64,000 nt of DNA from a virus (lineage: Duplodnaviria; Caudoviricetes), in IMG/VR virus record IMGVR_UViG_3300036863_000181, positions 1,951-65,950 of that record, one strand, 5' to 3'. Positions within the stretch are counted from its first letter, which is position 1. Each line of letters begins with the position of its first letter. Positions 7,955 through 18,337 of this stretch are shown one piece after another. Below the pieces are notes generated by a model. The model saw only the letters and a program-made list of their open reading frames with translations, was not told the origin of the DNA and searched no databases. Both the position numbers and the translations under genes were made by a program.

Positions 7955-8194
7955 ATGGAAGATCTAGTCAAAAAGCTGCTATTGTTAGCAGCTCAAAACC
8001 CTGATGGGTTTACACTCGTCCTCCCCGATGGTTCACTAGCCGAAATCAGTTGGCTCTATGGGATCAAGGAGGCCAGAACGCCGAAAGGCAACAGAATTGT
8101 AAGCCGTGTGTTCGGGGTGATTTTGAAGATCGGTGAGTCGGAGGCTATCATAGTCCTTCACGAAGAAAAGGAAGATAATAGCTCGCAGAATTAG
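7955..8194 (+). CDS. Hypothetical protein
   Basis: 79-aa ORF followed by a terminator. Confidence 0.65.
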   Translation: MEDLVKKLLLLAAQNPDGFTLVLPDGSLAEISWLYGIKEARTPKGNRIVSRVFGVILKIGESEAIIVLHEEKEDNSSQN

Positions 8195-8199
8195 AATCT

Positions 8200-8228
8200 A
8201 AAAGGGGGAGAAAATCCTCCCCCTTTTT
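8200..8228 (+). terminator. Intrinsic terminator
   Basis: AAAGGGGGAG...CTCCCCCTTTTTT. Confidence 0.7.
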
Positions 8229-8277
8229 ATATATGCCCTGTAATGGGGAAATTGTTAATTGCTAAATTTTAGAGTTT

Positions 8278-8760
8278 ATGGAAAACATTATTAAAGGTCT
8301 GACCTTGCTTCCAAAAGAAGTAAGCAAAGAAACCATTCTGGAAATGGAACAGGCGGCATTGGTACAAGCCAGGCAAGCCAATCTGGAGTTTAAGATAATT
8401 GAGGTTAAAGACAAAAATGTAGTCATTCGTGTGTCCCAGGATAAAGAAGCGGAAGAATTTTATAGCCGGGATCAATTGATCAAGGCTGTACATGAAACTT
8501 TTTTTTCTTTCTTTCCAGGGCGTCGGATATTGGTTCATCCATTTCCATATAAACGACCACCTGTTGACGATGTGGATATCGAATGGATCAACAAAAAAAT
8601 GCTCCACTTCAATATTGGTCTGAAGCAGATTGTGGCTGATACCGGTCTTAATAAATCATCATTGTCTACGCTGATCAATGGAGGAAAGGAACTCAGCCAG
8701 TCAATGAAGGCTTTGTTCTATTATTATTTTGAATGTAAAAAAAGGATGAAGAAATCATAA
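8278..8760 (+). CDS. XRE-type HTH protein (C-terminal HTH)
   Basis: LKQIVADTGLNKSSLSTLING HTH. Confidence 0.7.
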   Translation: MENIIKGLTLLPKEVSKETILEMEQAALVQARQANLEFKIIEVKDKNVVIRVSQDKEAEEFYSRDQLIKAVHETFFSFFPGRRILVHPFPYKRPPVDDVDIEWINKKMLHFNIGLKQIVADTGLNKSSLSTLINGGKELSQSMKALFYYYFECKKRMKKS

Positions 8761-8769
8761 CTTTGAGAT

Positions 8770-9102
8770 ATGAAATACTTCACATTCTTACTTCTGCTCA
8801 TTGCCGTTAATTGTAATGGGCAGATAATTGATACGACAAAACATTTAAGGGATTATGGAATCTATAAAAAGCAACCGGCTTTTGATTCTATTCCAATGAC
8901 TCAGGTTAATGGCTATGATCGTGATGTACCAGCAAACTGGATAAGGCCATTTCAGGCTAAAATACAAGATTCAACAGAAAGGATTATCTATTATGATGTA
9001 TGGTTAGGAGGTCATGGTAAAACTTATCCCGCTGCTTATAAAATCCGTGATAGTGCATGGGTAATTAAAGACAGTGCAGAGGCATTTAAAATGTTGCTTT
9101 AG
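8770..9102 (+). CDS. Secreted hypothetical protein
   Basis: Signal peptide MKYFTFLLLLIAVNCNG-Q. Confidence 0.6.
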   Translation: MKYFTFLLLLIAVNCNGQIIDTTKHLRDYGIYKKQPAFDSIPMTQVNGYDRDVPANWIRPFQAKIQDSTERIIYYDVWLGGHGKTYPAAYKIRDSAWVIKDSAEAFKMLL

Positions 9103-9196
9103 CATGTGGAACAGCAGGCTAAAACATATCGAAGGAATTAAGAAAAAACCCCGCCAAGACTAGCGAGGTTTAAATCTATATTTCACAAAAACACCC

Positions 9197-11929
9197 TCAA
9201 AAAGTCATTGGTATATCAGTTGTACTCTTCGCTCCCTTATCGTCTGTCACCGTTAATCTGAATAAATAATTTCCACTTGGCGCGTTCTGCACGCTGGCTA
9301 TTTTACTACCTGCATTTAATATCGTAATTGTCGGGGCACCGTTGGCAATTTGTGTCCACTGGTATAATATTATGCCACCTTCAGGGTCTATACTTTTACC
9401 CCCGTCGAGAGTTATTGTAGCAAAGATGATCTTACTGGCCGTTGCCGTGGCTACAGGTGGCTTATTCGGAACCGTCGCGGGTACCACATTCACGTTCATA
9501 TCATCGAAAGAAACAGCGCCCTGGTTATCGGTAACACTCAACCTGAAACTATAAGAACCTTGTTTAAAGGGTCCTACGGTTGGCTGTGATGAGCTGGCAC
9601 CCGTTATATTAACAACTGCCCCTGATAACTGTGTCCAGCTATAAGTAGTTACAAACCCATCAGGATCAGAACCCGAACCGATTAATTTCGCCGTGCTATC
9701 CGGTAAGGTTATAGTCAGGTCAGGACCGGCATTTGAAATGGGAGGTTTATTAACCGGTGGTGGAGGCGCTACAACTGTTGTGTATAGCTGACTTTGAGGT
9801 ACTACCTCACCGCCCTTGTGCCATACGTCCATTTGAGGGCAGTACCAACGGAACTCCAAACCACTTACTTCTGATCCATTGCTGATAAAGTCTACACGAT
9901 AATCATAAAGCTGGCCTTGCTTTAAAGCGATGGCGCCTTTAACCTGGTTACCGTTGATGAACAGAGTTGAACTACCCCCTGCATCTGCAGGCATGCTGAA
10001 AGTATAGTTATCATTATACTGAGGTTGAAGCTGCCCGGAAAATCTGATTGAATATTTTGTTGATGTTATTAAGTGATGAACTCTACCCAGGTTCTTCCAT
10101 TCACTGAAATTTATCTGTGGTTCAATTGCTTCCGCTACTTTGAGCTTAAAGCTTATGTCATTAAAATACTCACATTTAACACCATCCCCATTACCCCATG
10201 ATACGGGAGCGAATAAAGGAATTGACCGTTTGCCGGCTGCTGTGAGTTCATAAGCGATACCGTTCTGCTGAACCCTCATTTTCTCATTACCTCGGACAAT
10301 CGGATTCTGGATATTACAATCCACCACATCAGCGTCATGATGTTGCTCCCCCCCGGCTAAAACTATTTCGTTCTTACAGTTGATGAATTTAATCCCCCGG
10401 TACAGTACAGGCGGCTGGCCGTCATCGATTGTTGCCACGGGAGAGCCGACCTGAATTACACCGGCCGTAATATCTTTTGTATCTCCGTAACCAGGTCCAC
10501 CGTTAATAATGGTCATGTTTTCAAAGCGAAGGCGCAAAGGTGTCAAACTACCTGCACGGACCAGGATAGGATTATCATAATAAGTTCCGCCCTTATGCCC
10601 GTATACATTGGCGTAAGCACCTTGAAACCAACCCAACCGGCAATAGTAGGCCGTGAAATCTTCGATCGTATGGTTCTCAGCCGTGTTCTGCCACACTGAA
10701 CCGCCGTTACCGTGATGGCTTAAATTGCCGATAAACTTCCAATGTCCGCGCTCGTTATTATTTCTCCATTGGTAATCTCCTGTGCCATCAATTCCGACCT
10801 GCCCGGATACGCCGAAAGAAATATTATAAGAACAGGTATTCCCGTCACCCATACCGAGGACCACGGTACCCACTCCGAAATCTGTTGTACTTGGGTCTTC
10901 CGCGGTTACCGATTTAACAGTATAGGCAACCTTACCCAGTATATTATGGCTGTAGGTTACCCCGTTGGTCTCATCGCCGAAATCATACCACAAAGGATTC
11001 TCCATCACATCGTAAATCGAATTACCTGTAGCGGTAACCCCATCGCTCACATGTGGTACAATACAGTGAGAATTACATTGCCAGAAAGCGTTATTAAGAA
11101 CCTGTGACCCGATACTTCCATTCATGCAGTGATGGAAGTGTATTCCGTACCTGCCTCTTACAAACTCCTTTTCCGGTCCTCCTGATAGGTTCTTGCGCGG
11201 GCCCAGGTAACGCAGGCGAACGTTCTGTATATTTTGCGGTTGCGTGGATCTTATGAAGATGTGGCTGTAGCCGGTCGCGGTGCCTTGTATAGTGAGATTG
11301 GAAGTCAGGTTCAGCACTTCCGCGGTCCACATGCCATTGATCATCGGGTGATCACCCAGCGCCCGGTCAACGGTTATTTTCGTTCCACTGACAGAAACGA
11401 TCTTCCGCACATCATCATCTATCGCTGTTTTCGCAGTTCGGGAAATAACAATATCATCGCCTGCTCTCCAATTCATAGCTTCTTTAACCTGGAATGAAAG
11501 GTCACCTGATTTAATCGCACTTATCGCCGGTGATCCTCTTGTTTTGTTTTCGCCTTGAAGGTCAAGAATACCCGAACCCATTACCCATAGGCCAATATCA
11601 CCGCTTATCACATCTTCGCCGCCTCCTGTAAAACCCGCTTCATTGATATTGATAAAAGTAATTGAACCTCCCCGGCTGATTAGCTTGCCGGTGATTACAA
11701 TGTTTTTGGAACTGGTAATATTATGAGATAAAGTAATTACATCGTTCTGTGAAGGCACTGTACCACCCCATGTGCGCGGATCATACCAGTCGCCATCCTG
11801 AACACTGGATACGACGGCGCCAAGTTTATAAATAATCTGTGGGCCACAGCTTTTTATATCCATGGCAACTTTGGTAGTGCCAAGGGATATAAACACTATA
11901 ATTGCAAATACAAATTTTAGAAGTTTCAT
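9197..11929 (-). CDS. Large G8 / beta-helix / PA14 / PKD-domain protein with signal peptide (glycan-binding or depolymerase-like)
   Basis: N-terminal SSVQDGDWYDPRTWGG (G8-like), GRYGIHFH (CEMIP/fibrocystin-like), PA14-like YSIRFSGQL, two PKD-like repeats ending VTDN/VTDD. Confidence 0.75.
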   Translation of the reverse strand: MKLLKFVFAIIVFISLGTTKVAMDIKSCGPQIIYKLGAVVSSVQDGDWYDPRTWGGTVPSQNDVITLSHNITSSKNIVITGKLISRGGSITFININEAGFTGGGEDVISGDIGLWVMGSGILDLQGENKTRGSPAISAIKSGDLSFQVKEAMNWRAGDDIVISRTAKTAIDDDVRKIVSVSGTKITVDRALGDHPMINGMWTAEVLNLTSNLTIQGTATGYSHIFIRSTQPQNIQNVRLRYLGPRKNLSGGPEKEFVRGRYGIHFHHCMNGSIGSQVLNNAFWQCNSHCIVPHVSDGVTATGNSIYDVMENPLWYDFGDETNGVTYSHNILGKVAYTVKSVTAEDPSTTDFGVGTVVLGMGDGNTCSYNISFGVSGQVGIDGTGDYQWRNNNERGHWKFIGNLSHHGNGGSVWQNTAENHTIEDFTAYYCRLGWFQGAYANVYGHKGGTYYDNPILVRAGSLTPLRLRFENMTIINGGPGYGDTKDITAGVIQVGSPVATIDDGQPPVLYRGIKFINCKNEIVLAGGEQHHDADVVDCNIQNPIVRGNEKMRVQQNGIAYELTAAGKRSIPLFAPVSWGNGDGVKCEYFNDISFKLKVAEAIEPQINFSEWKNLGRVHHLITSTKYSIRFSGQLQPQYNDNYTFSMPADAGGSSTLFINGNQVKGAIALKQGQLYDYRVDFISNGSEVSGLEFRWYCPQMDVWHKGGEVVPQSQLYTTVVAPPPPVNKPPISNAGPDLTITLPDSTAKLIGSGSDPDGFVTTYSWTQLSGAVVNITGASSSQPTVGPFKQGSYSFRLSVTDNQGAVSFDDMNVNVVPATVPNKPPVATATASKIIFATITLDGGKSIDPEGGIILYQWTQIANGAPTITILNAGSKIASVQNAPSGNYLFRLTVTDDKGAKSTTDIPMTF

Positions 11930-11930
11930 A

Positions 11931-12479
11931 CTATACTTTTAGAGCATTAAAGAATTTCTCGGCATAACCCTGGATCAACAATGCCCGGTCAAGACCATTA
12001 ATAATCTTCCGGGCCTTTAACCAATCAGTGGTCAGATCGTTGAAATAATCAGCCAGTTTTTTACCGGTAAATGAACCGTGAAGCATACCGTAAAAAAGAA
12101 TCTTTGTGGCTACTTTCATATCCATTGCCCGATCGGGATTGTTTACCAGATCTTCGCCCGTTACCTTGCCCATGTTCAGGTAATTGTTTTTCCAGGTAAG
12201 TTGAACGAATCCCCGGCCATAATAAGTTTTACCAGTATCAGGATCAGGTACGCCATAGGCATGGCCTTTGCCCTTACCATATTCAGCAACCGGCTGCATT
12301 GTATGACCTGTTTCATGATAGGTTGTAGCCAGCATATAAGCGAGATAACGCAAGTCAGTTAATTTCTCTGCTTCCCATTCATTGAGAATAGTATCAATCC
12401 CCTCTACCTGCTTTTCGGTTAATGTACCGCCAAATGGAGAAGGTCTAATTGAATCATAAAAACTTTTACGGTTGATCAT
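11931..12479 (-). CDS. Endolysin, GH19 (chitinase/lysozyme-like)
   Basis: LATTYHETG, YYGRGFVQLTW and ARKIING motifs. Confidence 0.9.
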   Translation of the reverse strand: MINRKSFYDSIRPSPFGGTLTEKQVEGIDTILNEWEAEKLTDLRYLAYMLATTYHETGHTMQPVAEYGKGKGHAYGVPDPDTGKTYYGRGFVQLTWKNNYLNMGKVTGEDLVNNPDRAMDMKVATKILFYGMLHGSFTGKKLADYFNDLTTDWLKARKIINGLDRALLIQGYAEKFFNALKV

Positions 12480-12931
12480 AAAAAAAATTTAATTATTAAG
12501 CACCCAATCCACAGCACGGAATAACAAAATATAGATGCCTTTCCGTTATATCCGAATATCCGCACCTCAATTTTATCCATTAATGCCTTGGGTGGTTTAT
12601 CCAGACTTACATAATCCCATTTCAGGCCACGGCGCAGGTTCAGCGGAATATCAAATGACAATTGCCGGTTAAAGAAAGCAGAGGCACCGAATAATATTCC
12701 ATCCTGCCAGCCCAGTTTGAATAACCAGATGATCAGACCAACGCATGCGGAATAGGCCGCGAAGTTGATACCATGCCGTACTGATTTCGGAACGTTTTTC
12801 TTCAGGGCCTGCTTGATCTTATAGGCATCGAGCCATATGTTCAGAAAGTTGAATGCAATTAATATCGCCTGGTTAATCAGGTAGGTGACCATGGGCATAG
12901 TTTTAAAACTGCTTTGATAAATACCCAGCAT
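12476..12931 (-). CDS. Membrane protein in lysis cassette
   Basis: Several hydrophobic segments; overlaps endolysin start. Confidence 0.65.
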   Translation of the reverse strand: MLGIYQSSFKTMPMVTYLINQAILIAFNFLNIWLDAYKIKQALKKNVPKSVRHGINFAAYSACVGLIIWLFKLGWQDGILFGASAFFNRQLSFDIPLNLRRGLKWDYVSLDKPPKALMDKIEVRIFGYNGKASIFCYSVLWIGCLIIKFFL

Positions 12932-12998
12932 GCTCCTGCAATTGCCAGATATTTCAGGAGGCGTAAAACGATCGGATGTATGGATGGAGGATTGACCA

Positions 12999-13349
12999 TT
13001 ACCAATATCCGGCTAATTGAAAGTGATAGCCGATTGTTATGAGCAAAGGCAGGATAATCATGCATCCAAACCATTTCCAATAGCCGATCGCTATATCCCT
13101 TGCAGTAGGGGCATCCGGTTCTACAGCCTTTGTAATCTGCATTTGCTTCAACGTTGCTCTATAAGCTTTCACCCCTGGAAGTACTCCATAGGTAAAGCCG
13201 GTCATCAGCCAGCTAACACCGATCGAAATGAAATAAATAACAATCGGGAATAAGCCATCCAATTTATTACCAAGTAATAAAAGGCTATAACCGCCAAGTG
13301 TTGCAAAAGTCAGCACAACGGCCAACCATGTCGGTAAATTCAGTTTCAT
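12999..13349 (-). CDS. Three-TM membrane protein
   Basis: Hydrophobic helices; probable start MKLNLP. Confidence 0.65.
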   Translation of the reverse strand: MKLNLPTWLAVVLTFATLGGYSLLLLGNKLDGLFPIVIYFISIGVSWLMTGFTYGVLPGVKAYRATLKQMQITKAVEPDAPTARDIAIGYWKWFGCMIILPLLITIGYHFQLAGYW

Positions 13350-13427
13350 ATATTTATTTTTATTAGTTTTGAATCTTGGGTTTAGACCATACACAAATTG
13401 TCAGGCTGGTGATCTCACCGGCCTTCT

Positions 13428-13733
13428 TTATGATCCAACGAGTTCATCTGTTCCTTTCCATACAAACTCACCAACCGGAAGATGCTTCATACAGTGACAA
13501 CAATAAGTAGCACCGTAGAATTTTGGATCACGGGCATATGTTTCTGCTATGGCTAATGCCATTGTTGTTTCAGTGCCACAGGTAACATGGACGTAGGATT
13601 GCCGAACAGGCCGAATGAAACCTTTCGCTCGTTCCTCTTCTGATAAAATAAGGTAGGTTTTATTTTGTGGGACAGGTTGATCATCAACCCCACGTCCTAA
13701 TGCTGGATCATTCCTATCTGTAGTTAAACTCAT
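13428..13733 (-). CDS. Putative Zn-binding hypothetical protein
   Basis: HxxC...CxxC pattern. Confidence 0.7.
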   Translation of the reverse strand: MSLTTDRNDPALGRGVDDQPVPQNKTYLILSEEERAKGFIRPVRQSYVHVTCGTETTMALAIAETYARDPKFYGATYCCHCMKHLPVGEFVWKGTDELVGS

Positions 13734-13777
13734 ATAATTTGTTTTTATTTAGCAATTAAAATCTAATATCGCCGCTA

Positions 13778-14380
13778 CTATTTTCGAAAGGATAGTTTAA
13801 ATCGAGTTCCCAATCGGAAATAATATACACCGGTTGTCAGTATTGAACCCCCGATATAATACTGCTGATCCTTTTTATTCTTCAATGTCAGATCAGCTTC
13901 AAATCCGGTTATCAATTCTTTTGTACTTCCCAGTAATCCACCGCCGATATAAAGCTGATTACGTTTTGGCTCAGCTGCAATCGTAGAGTCATGAATGACC
14001 GGTATTTTAAAATCAGTCAGCAGCCGGCGATCAATGATCCTGTTTTCCCTTACGCTGTCCTGGATAGTGATATCCCCGTACTGTGTTTGCCTGGTATCAC
14101 TATAATACCTGGTAGCGAAATAATCTTTCAACACCTCTTGCGTATCAATTGGCTGAATGATGTATAGACTGTCAGTCCGGTAAATGGTTATAGGGCGGCT
14201 CACTGTCGTTATTTTAGGAACGTAGTGATCAACTGTATCCTGGTGGTGAACGATCACCGTATCGCGAAAGTGTTTAACTATCTCCTGCGCTGGCGGGCAT
14301 TTGGCACCGCTACACATACGGAGGTATAGTACAATACCTGCCAGAATGAGAATAGCTATATGTTCAATCCTGAATTTCAT
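13778..14380 (-). CDS. Spanin-like protein
   Basis: N-terminal TM/lipoprotein-like segment, DT-rich repeats, C-terminal amphipathic beta strands; lysis cassette position. Confidence 0.55.
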   Translation of the reverse strand: MKFRIEHIAILILAGIVLYLRMCSGAKCPPAQEIVKHFRDTVIVHHQDTVDHYVPKITTVSRPITIYRTDSLYIIQPIDTQEVLKDYFATRYYSDTRQTQYGDITIQDSVRENRIIDRRLLTDFKIPVIHDSTIAAEPKRNQLYIGGGLLGSTKELITGFEADLTLKNKKDQQYYIGGSILTTGVYYFRLGTRFKLSFRK

Positions 14381-14658
14381 TCTTCATCCTCCTTTTTTTG
14401 GTCCCCTTTATATTTTTTGTATTCTTGCTGCTGTTTCTGACGTTCAATCCTTTTTATTATTCGCTCATCATTTGATTGTACAAGCTTTACAATAGCGTAT
14501 GCTATCCCGATTACCCCCATAGTCACGGTGACGATATGGTTAAGGTTAACCAGGATGCCGCCGATGTATATTAAGATTGCAGATACGCCAAGGATATTGA
14601 ACATAATTTTCCATACTTTTTTATGATCGACTATAATCATCATGTGTTGAACCGCCAA
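14377..14658 (-). CDS. Holin-like membrane protein
   Basis: Two TM segments, charged C-terminus. Confidence 0.55.
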   Translation of the reverse strand: MAVQHMMIIVDHKKVWKIMFNILGVSAILIYIGGILVNLNHIVTVTMGVIGIAYAIVKLVQSNDERIIKRIERQKQQQEYKKYKGDQKKEDEE

Positions 14659-14726
14659 ACCAGGTTTGATTACTTAATTAAAATTCTATGTATTGGCATA
14701 GGATGGATAGTGTGGCGGGAAAAGGT

Positions 14727-15107
14727 CTAAACTTTATTGGGCGCTGCTGTCCCATCACTTATAGTTGTCTTTACATCTATAGCGGTATTTATCTTGTTGC
14801 TGATTACCCCGAAAAGTTTGCTGGCAATATCACTACCTGTGTAACCAACAAAAGCAAAAAACAACTTAATGTAATCAACTACAGCTGGCTTCCATTTTAG
14901 TATACTATCAACGAAAAACAGGAATAGTACGATAGTAAGCAAAGACGCAGTTACAGAAAGCCAATCATTTTTAAAGTAGGTAGCTGCATTGAATTTAACA
15001 TTGGCAACCCTTGCTTTGTCTTGAAGGGATTTGATTTTCAGAACAGTTTGCAGCATCATTCCAATGAGTGCTACTATAAAACAGGTTATATACAGAGTTA
15101 TGGTCAT
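14727..15107 (-). CDS. Holin-like membrane protein
   Basis: Three TM segments, GYTGS motif. Confidence 0.6.
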   Translation of the reverse strand: MTITLYITCFIVALIGMMLQTVLKIKSLQDKARVANVKFNAATYFKNDWLSVTASLLTIVLFLFFVDSILKWKPAVVDYIKLFFAFVGYTGSDIASKLFGVISNKINTAIDVKTTISDGTAAPNKV

Positions 15108-15122
15108 ATGTGTGGCTGGTTT

Positions 15123-15395
15123 TTATCGTTGTTGATTTAATGGTTTAGATCCTGTCCCACCTATTAGACTATGATTTGTTCGAACGAAATACATGCTAAC
15201 TATAAGAAAAAATGCATTGCTTAATATCTGACTTTCAATTTTTGTGACAGCGCAATATATTGTCGCTCCAGTTATCGTTATTGCAATAACGCCCTGTGTA
15301 AATTCCCATATAAGATTTACGCTTCGTTGCCCTTTTTTAGTTAAGGCATTTTGCAGGTTTGCAGATTCTTCTGATATATTTTGTTCGTCTGTCAT
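15123..15395 (-). CDS. Small two-TM membrane protein
   Basis: Hydrophobic hairpin. Confidence 0.6.
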   Translation of the reverse strand: MTDEQNISEESANLQNALTKKGQRSVNLIWEFTQGVIAITITGATIYCAVTKIESQILSNAFFLIVSMYFVRTNHSLIGGTGSKPLNQQR

Positions 15396-15420
15396 AATTT
15401 AATACCGGGTATTAGCTGGT

Positions 15421-15738
15421 TTATTTTGGTATATCTTCTCCGGATGATATTCCCAACTCCGTTGCCTGCTGAACAATTGCCTGAACAACCCGAACAGTCA
15501 ACCTTTTCTGTTCAACCAAATTCTCATCCATTAACAGAATGGTAGATTCACCAAGCGCAGTTGCTTCACCATCTGCATTGGTACCTGAATCCTTTATCGA
15601 CAATACCGGATCATTGTCCGAAAACCATTTCAACTTTTCTGTTGAATCAGATTGTAATGAAAACTTCTGTCCCAGTACTACATCGAATTTTTCAATGTCA
15701 TAGACCTTGGCGAAATCAAAACTTATGTCTATTTGCAT
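15421..15738 (-). CDS. Small acidic Ig-like protein
   Basis: LKWFSDNDPVLSI...ALGESTI resembles a bacterial Ig-like group 2 domain. Confidence 0.55.
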   Translation of the reverse strand: MQIDISFDFAKVYDIEKFDVVLGQKFSLQSDSTEKLKWFSDNDPVLSIKDSGTNADGEATALGESTILLMDENLVEQKRLTVRVVQAIVQQATELGISSGEDIPK

Positions 15739-15780
15739 AGTAATAATTTTAGGAGAGCGGGGTTACCGCCCTCCCGTTAA

Positions 15781-16146
15781 TTAATTTTTTGGCACTTCAT
15801 CATCATCTGAACTGAGGCCAAGATTTTCAGCAAGCGGGTCACTGTAAGTGTAAGTGCCGCCGTCTTTAATCGTTTTGACGCCTGAACCCAGGTCAACGTC
15901 GGCCTCAACTTCATAAGTACTTACTCCAGCAATGTCCTCTGAAATTACAAACCCCTGAAGGCCTGGTTTTCCTGCCGCTTCATCAGCTGCAATTTCTTCC
16001 GGTGTAGCAACTGCTGAAGTTGCGCCGCCGGTAAGAATGGTGATCTTGGCAAGGCCATCGATCTTAGCATCCTTTTTTGAATGAGTTTTTGGTGCCAATC
16101 GGATTGGCTTCTTTCCTTCTGTTGTTCCAACTAAATCTAAAGGCAT
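15781..16146 (-). CDS. Small acidic beta-rich protein
   Basis: 121-aa ORF with a downstream hairpin. Confidence 0.6.
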   Translation of the reverse strand: MPLDLVGTTEGKKPIRLAPKTHSKKDAKIDGLAKITILTGGATSAVATPEEIAADEAAGKPGLQGFVISEDIAGVSTYEVEADVDLGSGVKTIKDGGTYTYSDPLAENLGLSSDDDEVPKN

Positions 16147-16183
16147 AAAAAATTGTTTTTGATATTAATGATTGAAATTCTGC

Positions 16184-18337
16184 TTAATAATTATGGACTT
16201 TTATCCAGTCCATTGTACCCTTAAAGCAATAGGCCTGCGTCGGATGTTTTGATCCGATCATGTTTATTGCATAAACGCCAGTCACTGTTTTATCAGAGAC
16301 AAACGAACCGTCGATATATAACTTAACAGTATGTGTTGCAACAGAGACTCCACCAACTGTTAATGTTGCGCCCGTTCCATTGTATATTAATTTGTAAGTA
16401 TGAAAATTTGTATACGTTAGTCCCAGGCTGGTCAGGTCCCAAAATACCGAGGATGTCTGTGTTCCAAAATAAAAAGTAGGAGGTTCAACCCCTATACCAC
16501 CGCTAAATCCTCCGAGTGTGGGCGTTGGATTATTACCGGTAAAAAAGTCAACACCGGATGCATCTGATGCAAGCTTTGCCCTGAACTCCACAGTACATTG
16601 GGTCATGGTTCGCCTGGCGCCCAGGCGCAGGTATTCATTTTCGTTAAATACTTTACCATCAGCGTCAAATGTATTTGTAGTAGATGCCCCGGCAAAGGTG
16701 TATGGTGTCGCACTCAGATCGTTTTCCGCTTCAGCTACCGAGCCGTTAAATTCGAAATCCCAGTCAATGACCGGTGCAGGTAAATTTCTGCTTCTATACA
16801 ATTCCCAAAGCAGCAATGCTTTTTTTACCACACGGATCTGTTCTATTACTCCGGTGAACGCATTAGTTGCATCAGGTGATGTCCCGGTTGACCGGATAAA
16901 GGCCTGTGCTTTGAATGAGGTGAAGGACCAATCTGTTATTGTTGCGACAAGCCCCTGGTTCCAATACACACGAAGAGTATTATTTGAAGTGGTATAGATC
17001 AGCGCCAGGTTACCCAGGTTACCAAAATCAACGCCAGGGAGAGTGCCGATATTTTTTATAACACCGTTTCCTTTTATTTCAAGACTGTTACTACTGGTGA
17101 TCTTCAGGTAATCATCTGTCCAATCTCCTGATGATCGGCCGTTAAGAAGTGTGGCTGTGAAATCACTGGCCGTGCATTTGAAAGTAAATTCTACTGACCA
17201 GTCAAAAGCATTTGTAAGATCGCGGGCAGTTGCCGGCGTTAATTCGTTTGGTGTGCCATCGGATGTAACTCCTGATGCACTTTTTGTTAATCCACCGCCA
17301 CTATTGTCTGTAAGATTATTTCGTCCATATATTTCTGCAAAACCTGTTGCTGATACAGTATTGGACATTTGATATACATCATCAAAATATCCTCCTGCAG
17401 GCTGCAGGTTGGTAACCGGTTCAGATGTATGTAACACTTTTAAATGCTGCGTCCTGAAGCTATCGATTGCCTGCGCATAATCATTTCCTATTTGATTCAG
17501 CCCGGTAACAGTATAATGCACCAGGTCGGAAGTCATTTTTCCATTGCCGGTTGTGAATGTACTCGCAGCGCGTGAAGAAAGGACCATCCTTGTATTGCTC
17601 AGGTTCAACCGGTTCTGAGCATCCATTATTTTTTCTGAATTCGTGGAGCTGGTGAAATTGGGATCATACCCGATCCTGGAAACAAAGACTTCGCTAACGC
17701 CAAAACTGTCAATAAACAGGTTAACCATGTCATTGAGCTTTTCAACATAGCCATCTGTCTCATAGAAACCTGCATCATTTTCACCCTGTAGCCAGCATAT
17801 GTATTTTTCTACAGTTAATCCATGGGCAGTACAATATGCAGTCAGCTGTCGCCACCAGGTGAGCATATTGGTGAATTCGGTACTTGTCTTATCTAACCAT
17901 AGATCTATACCGGTATTCCCCTTGGCACCTACAGTTATATACACAGGCTTACCGGAAATCTCAAATAGCCGTTTACCGAGATTTGGGTTTAATGATCTTA
18001 CCGTTGCTACTGTATAACTTCCGCCACCAGACGGCTGTCCGGTTGGGTCCGATAATGTACCTGCCTTCAGATCATTTAAATCAGGCCTGAATTCTCTTAC
18101 TCCTGAAGGAACGGTTACTTCATTAGGCGCGTCGGCCGCAGCTCTGCCAACAGGATTTGATTGTCCTTCATCACCAATTATAATGACATCTGTGGGACCT
18201 GCAGGTGGAGTAGTTGATCCATCTTTAAAGAAAAACTTTATCCGGCCTGTACGTGATAATCTGCCAGCTGGTAGTATCTGGGCAGTTGTATTCTGGACAA
18301 GAAGAATTAAGAACAGTATAATGATTTTAAACCTCAT
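16184..18337 (-). CDS. SGNH/sialate O-acetylesterase-like domain plus LamG-like domains, with signal peptide
   Basis: GQSN, WLQGEND and DLVH catalytic motifs; two concanavalin-like C-terminal domains. Confidence 0.75.
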   Translation of the reverse strand: MRFKIIILFLILLVQNTTAQILPAGRLSRTGRIKFFFKDGSTTPPAGPTDVIIIGDEGQSNPVGRAAADAPNEVTVPSGVREFRPDLNDLKAGTLSDPTGQPSGGGSYTVATVRSLNPNLGKRLFEISGKPVYITVGAKGNTGIDLWLDKTSTEFTNMLTWWRQLTAYCTAHGLTVEKYICWLQGENDAGFYETDGYVEKLNDMVNLFIDSFGVSEVFVSRIGYDPNFTSSTNSEKIMDAQNRLNLSNTRMVLSSRAASTFTTGNGKMTSDLVHYTVTGLNQIGNDYAQAIDSFRTQHLKVLHTSEPVTNLQPAGGYFDDVYQMSNTVSATGFAEIYGRNNLTDNSGGGLTKSASGVTSDGTPNELTPATARDLTNAFDWSVEFTFKCTASDFTATLLNGRSSGDWTDDYLKITSSNSLEIKGNGVIKNIGTLPGVDFGNLGNLALIYTTSNNTLRVYWNQGLVATITDWSFTSFKAQAFIRSTGTSPDATNAFTGVIEQIRVVKKALLLWELYRSRNLPAPVIDWDFEFNGSVAEAENDLSATPYTFAGASTTNTFDADGKVFNENEYLRLGARRTMTQCTVEFRAKLASDASGVDFFTGNNPTPTLGGFSGGIGVEPPTFYFGTQTSSVFWDLTSLGLTYTNFHTYKLIYNGTGATLTVGGVSVATHTVKLYIDGSFVSDKTVTGVYAINMIGSKHPTQAYCFKGTMDWIKVHNY

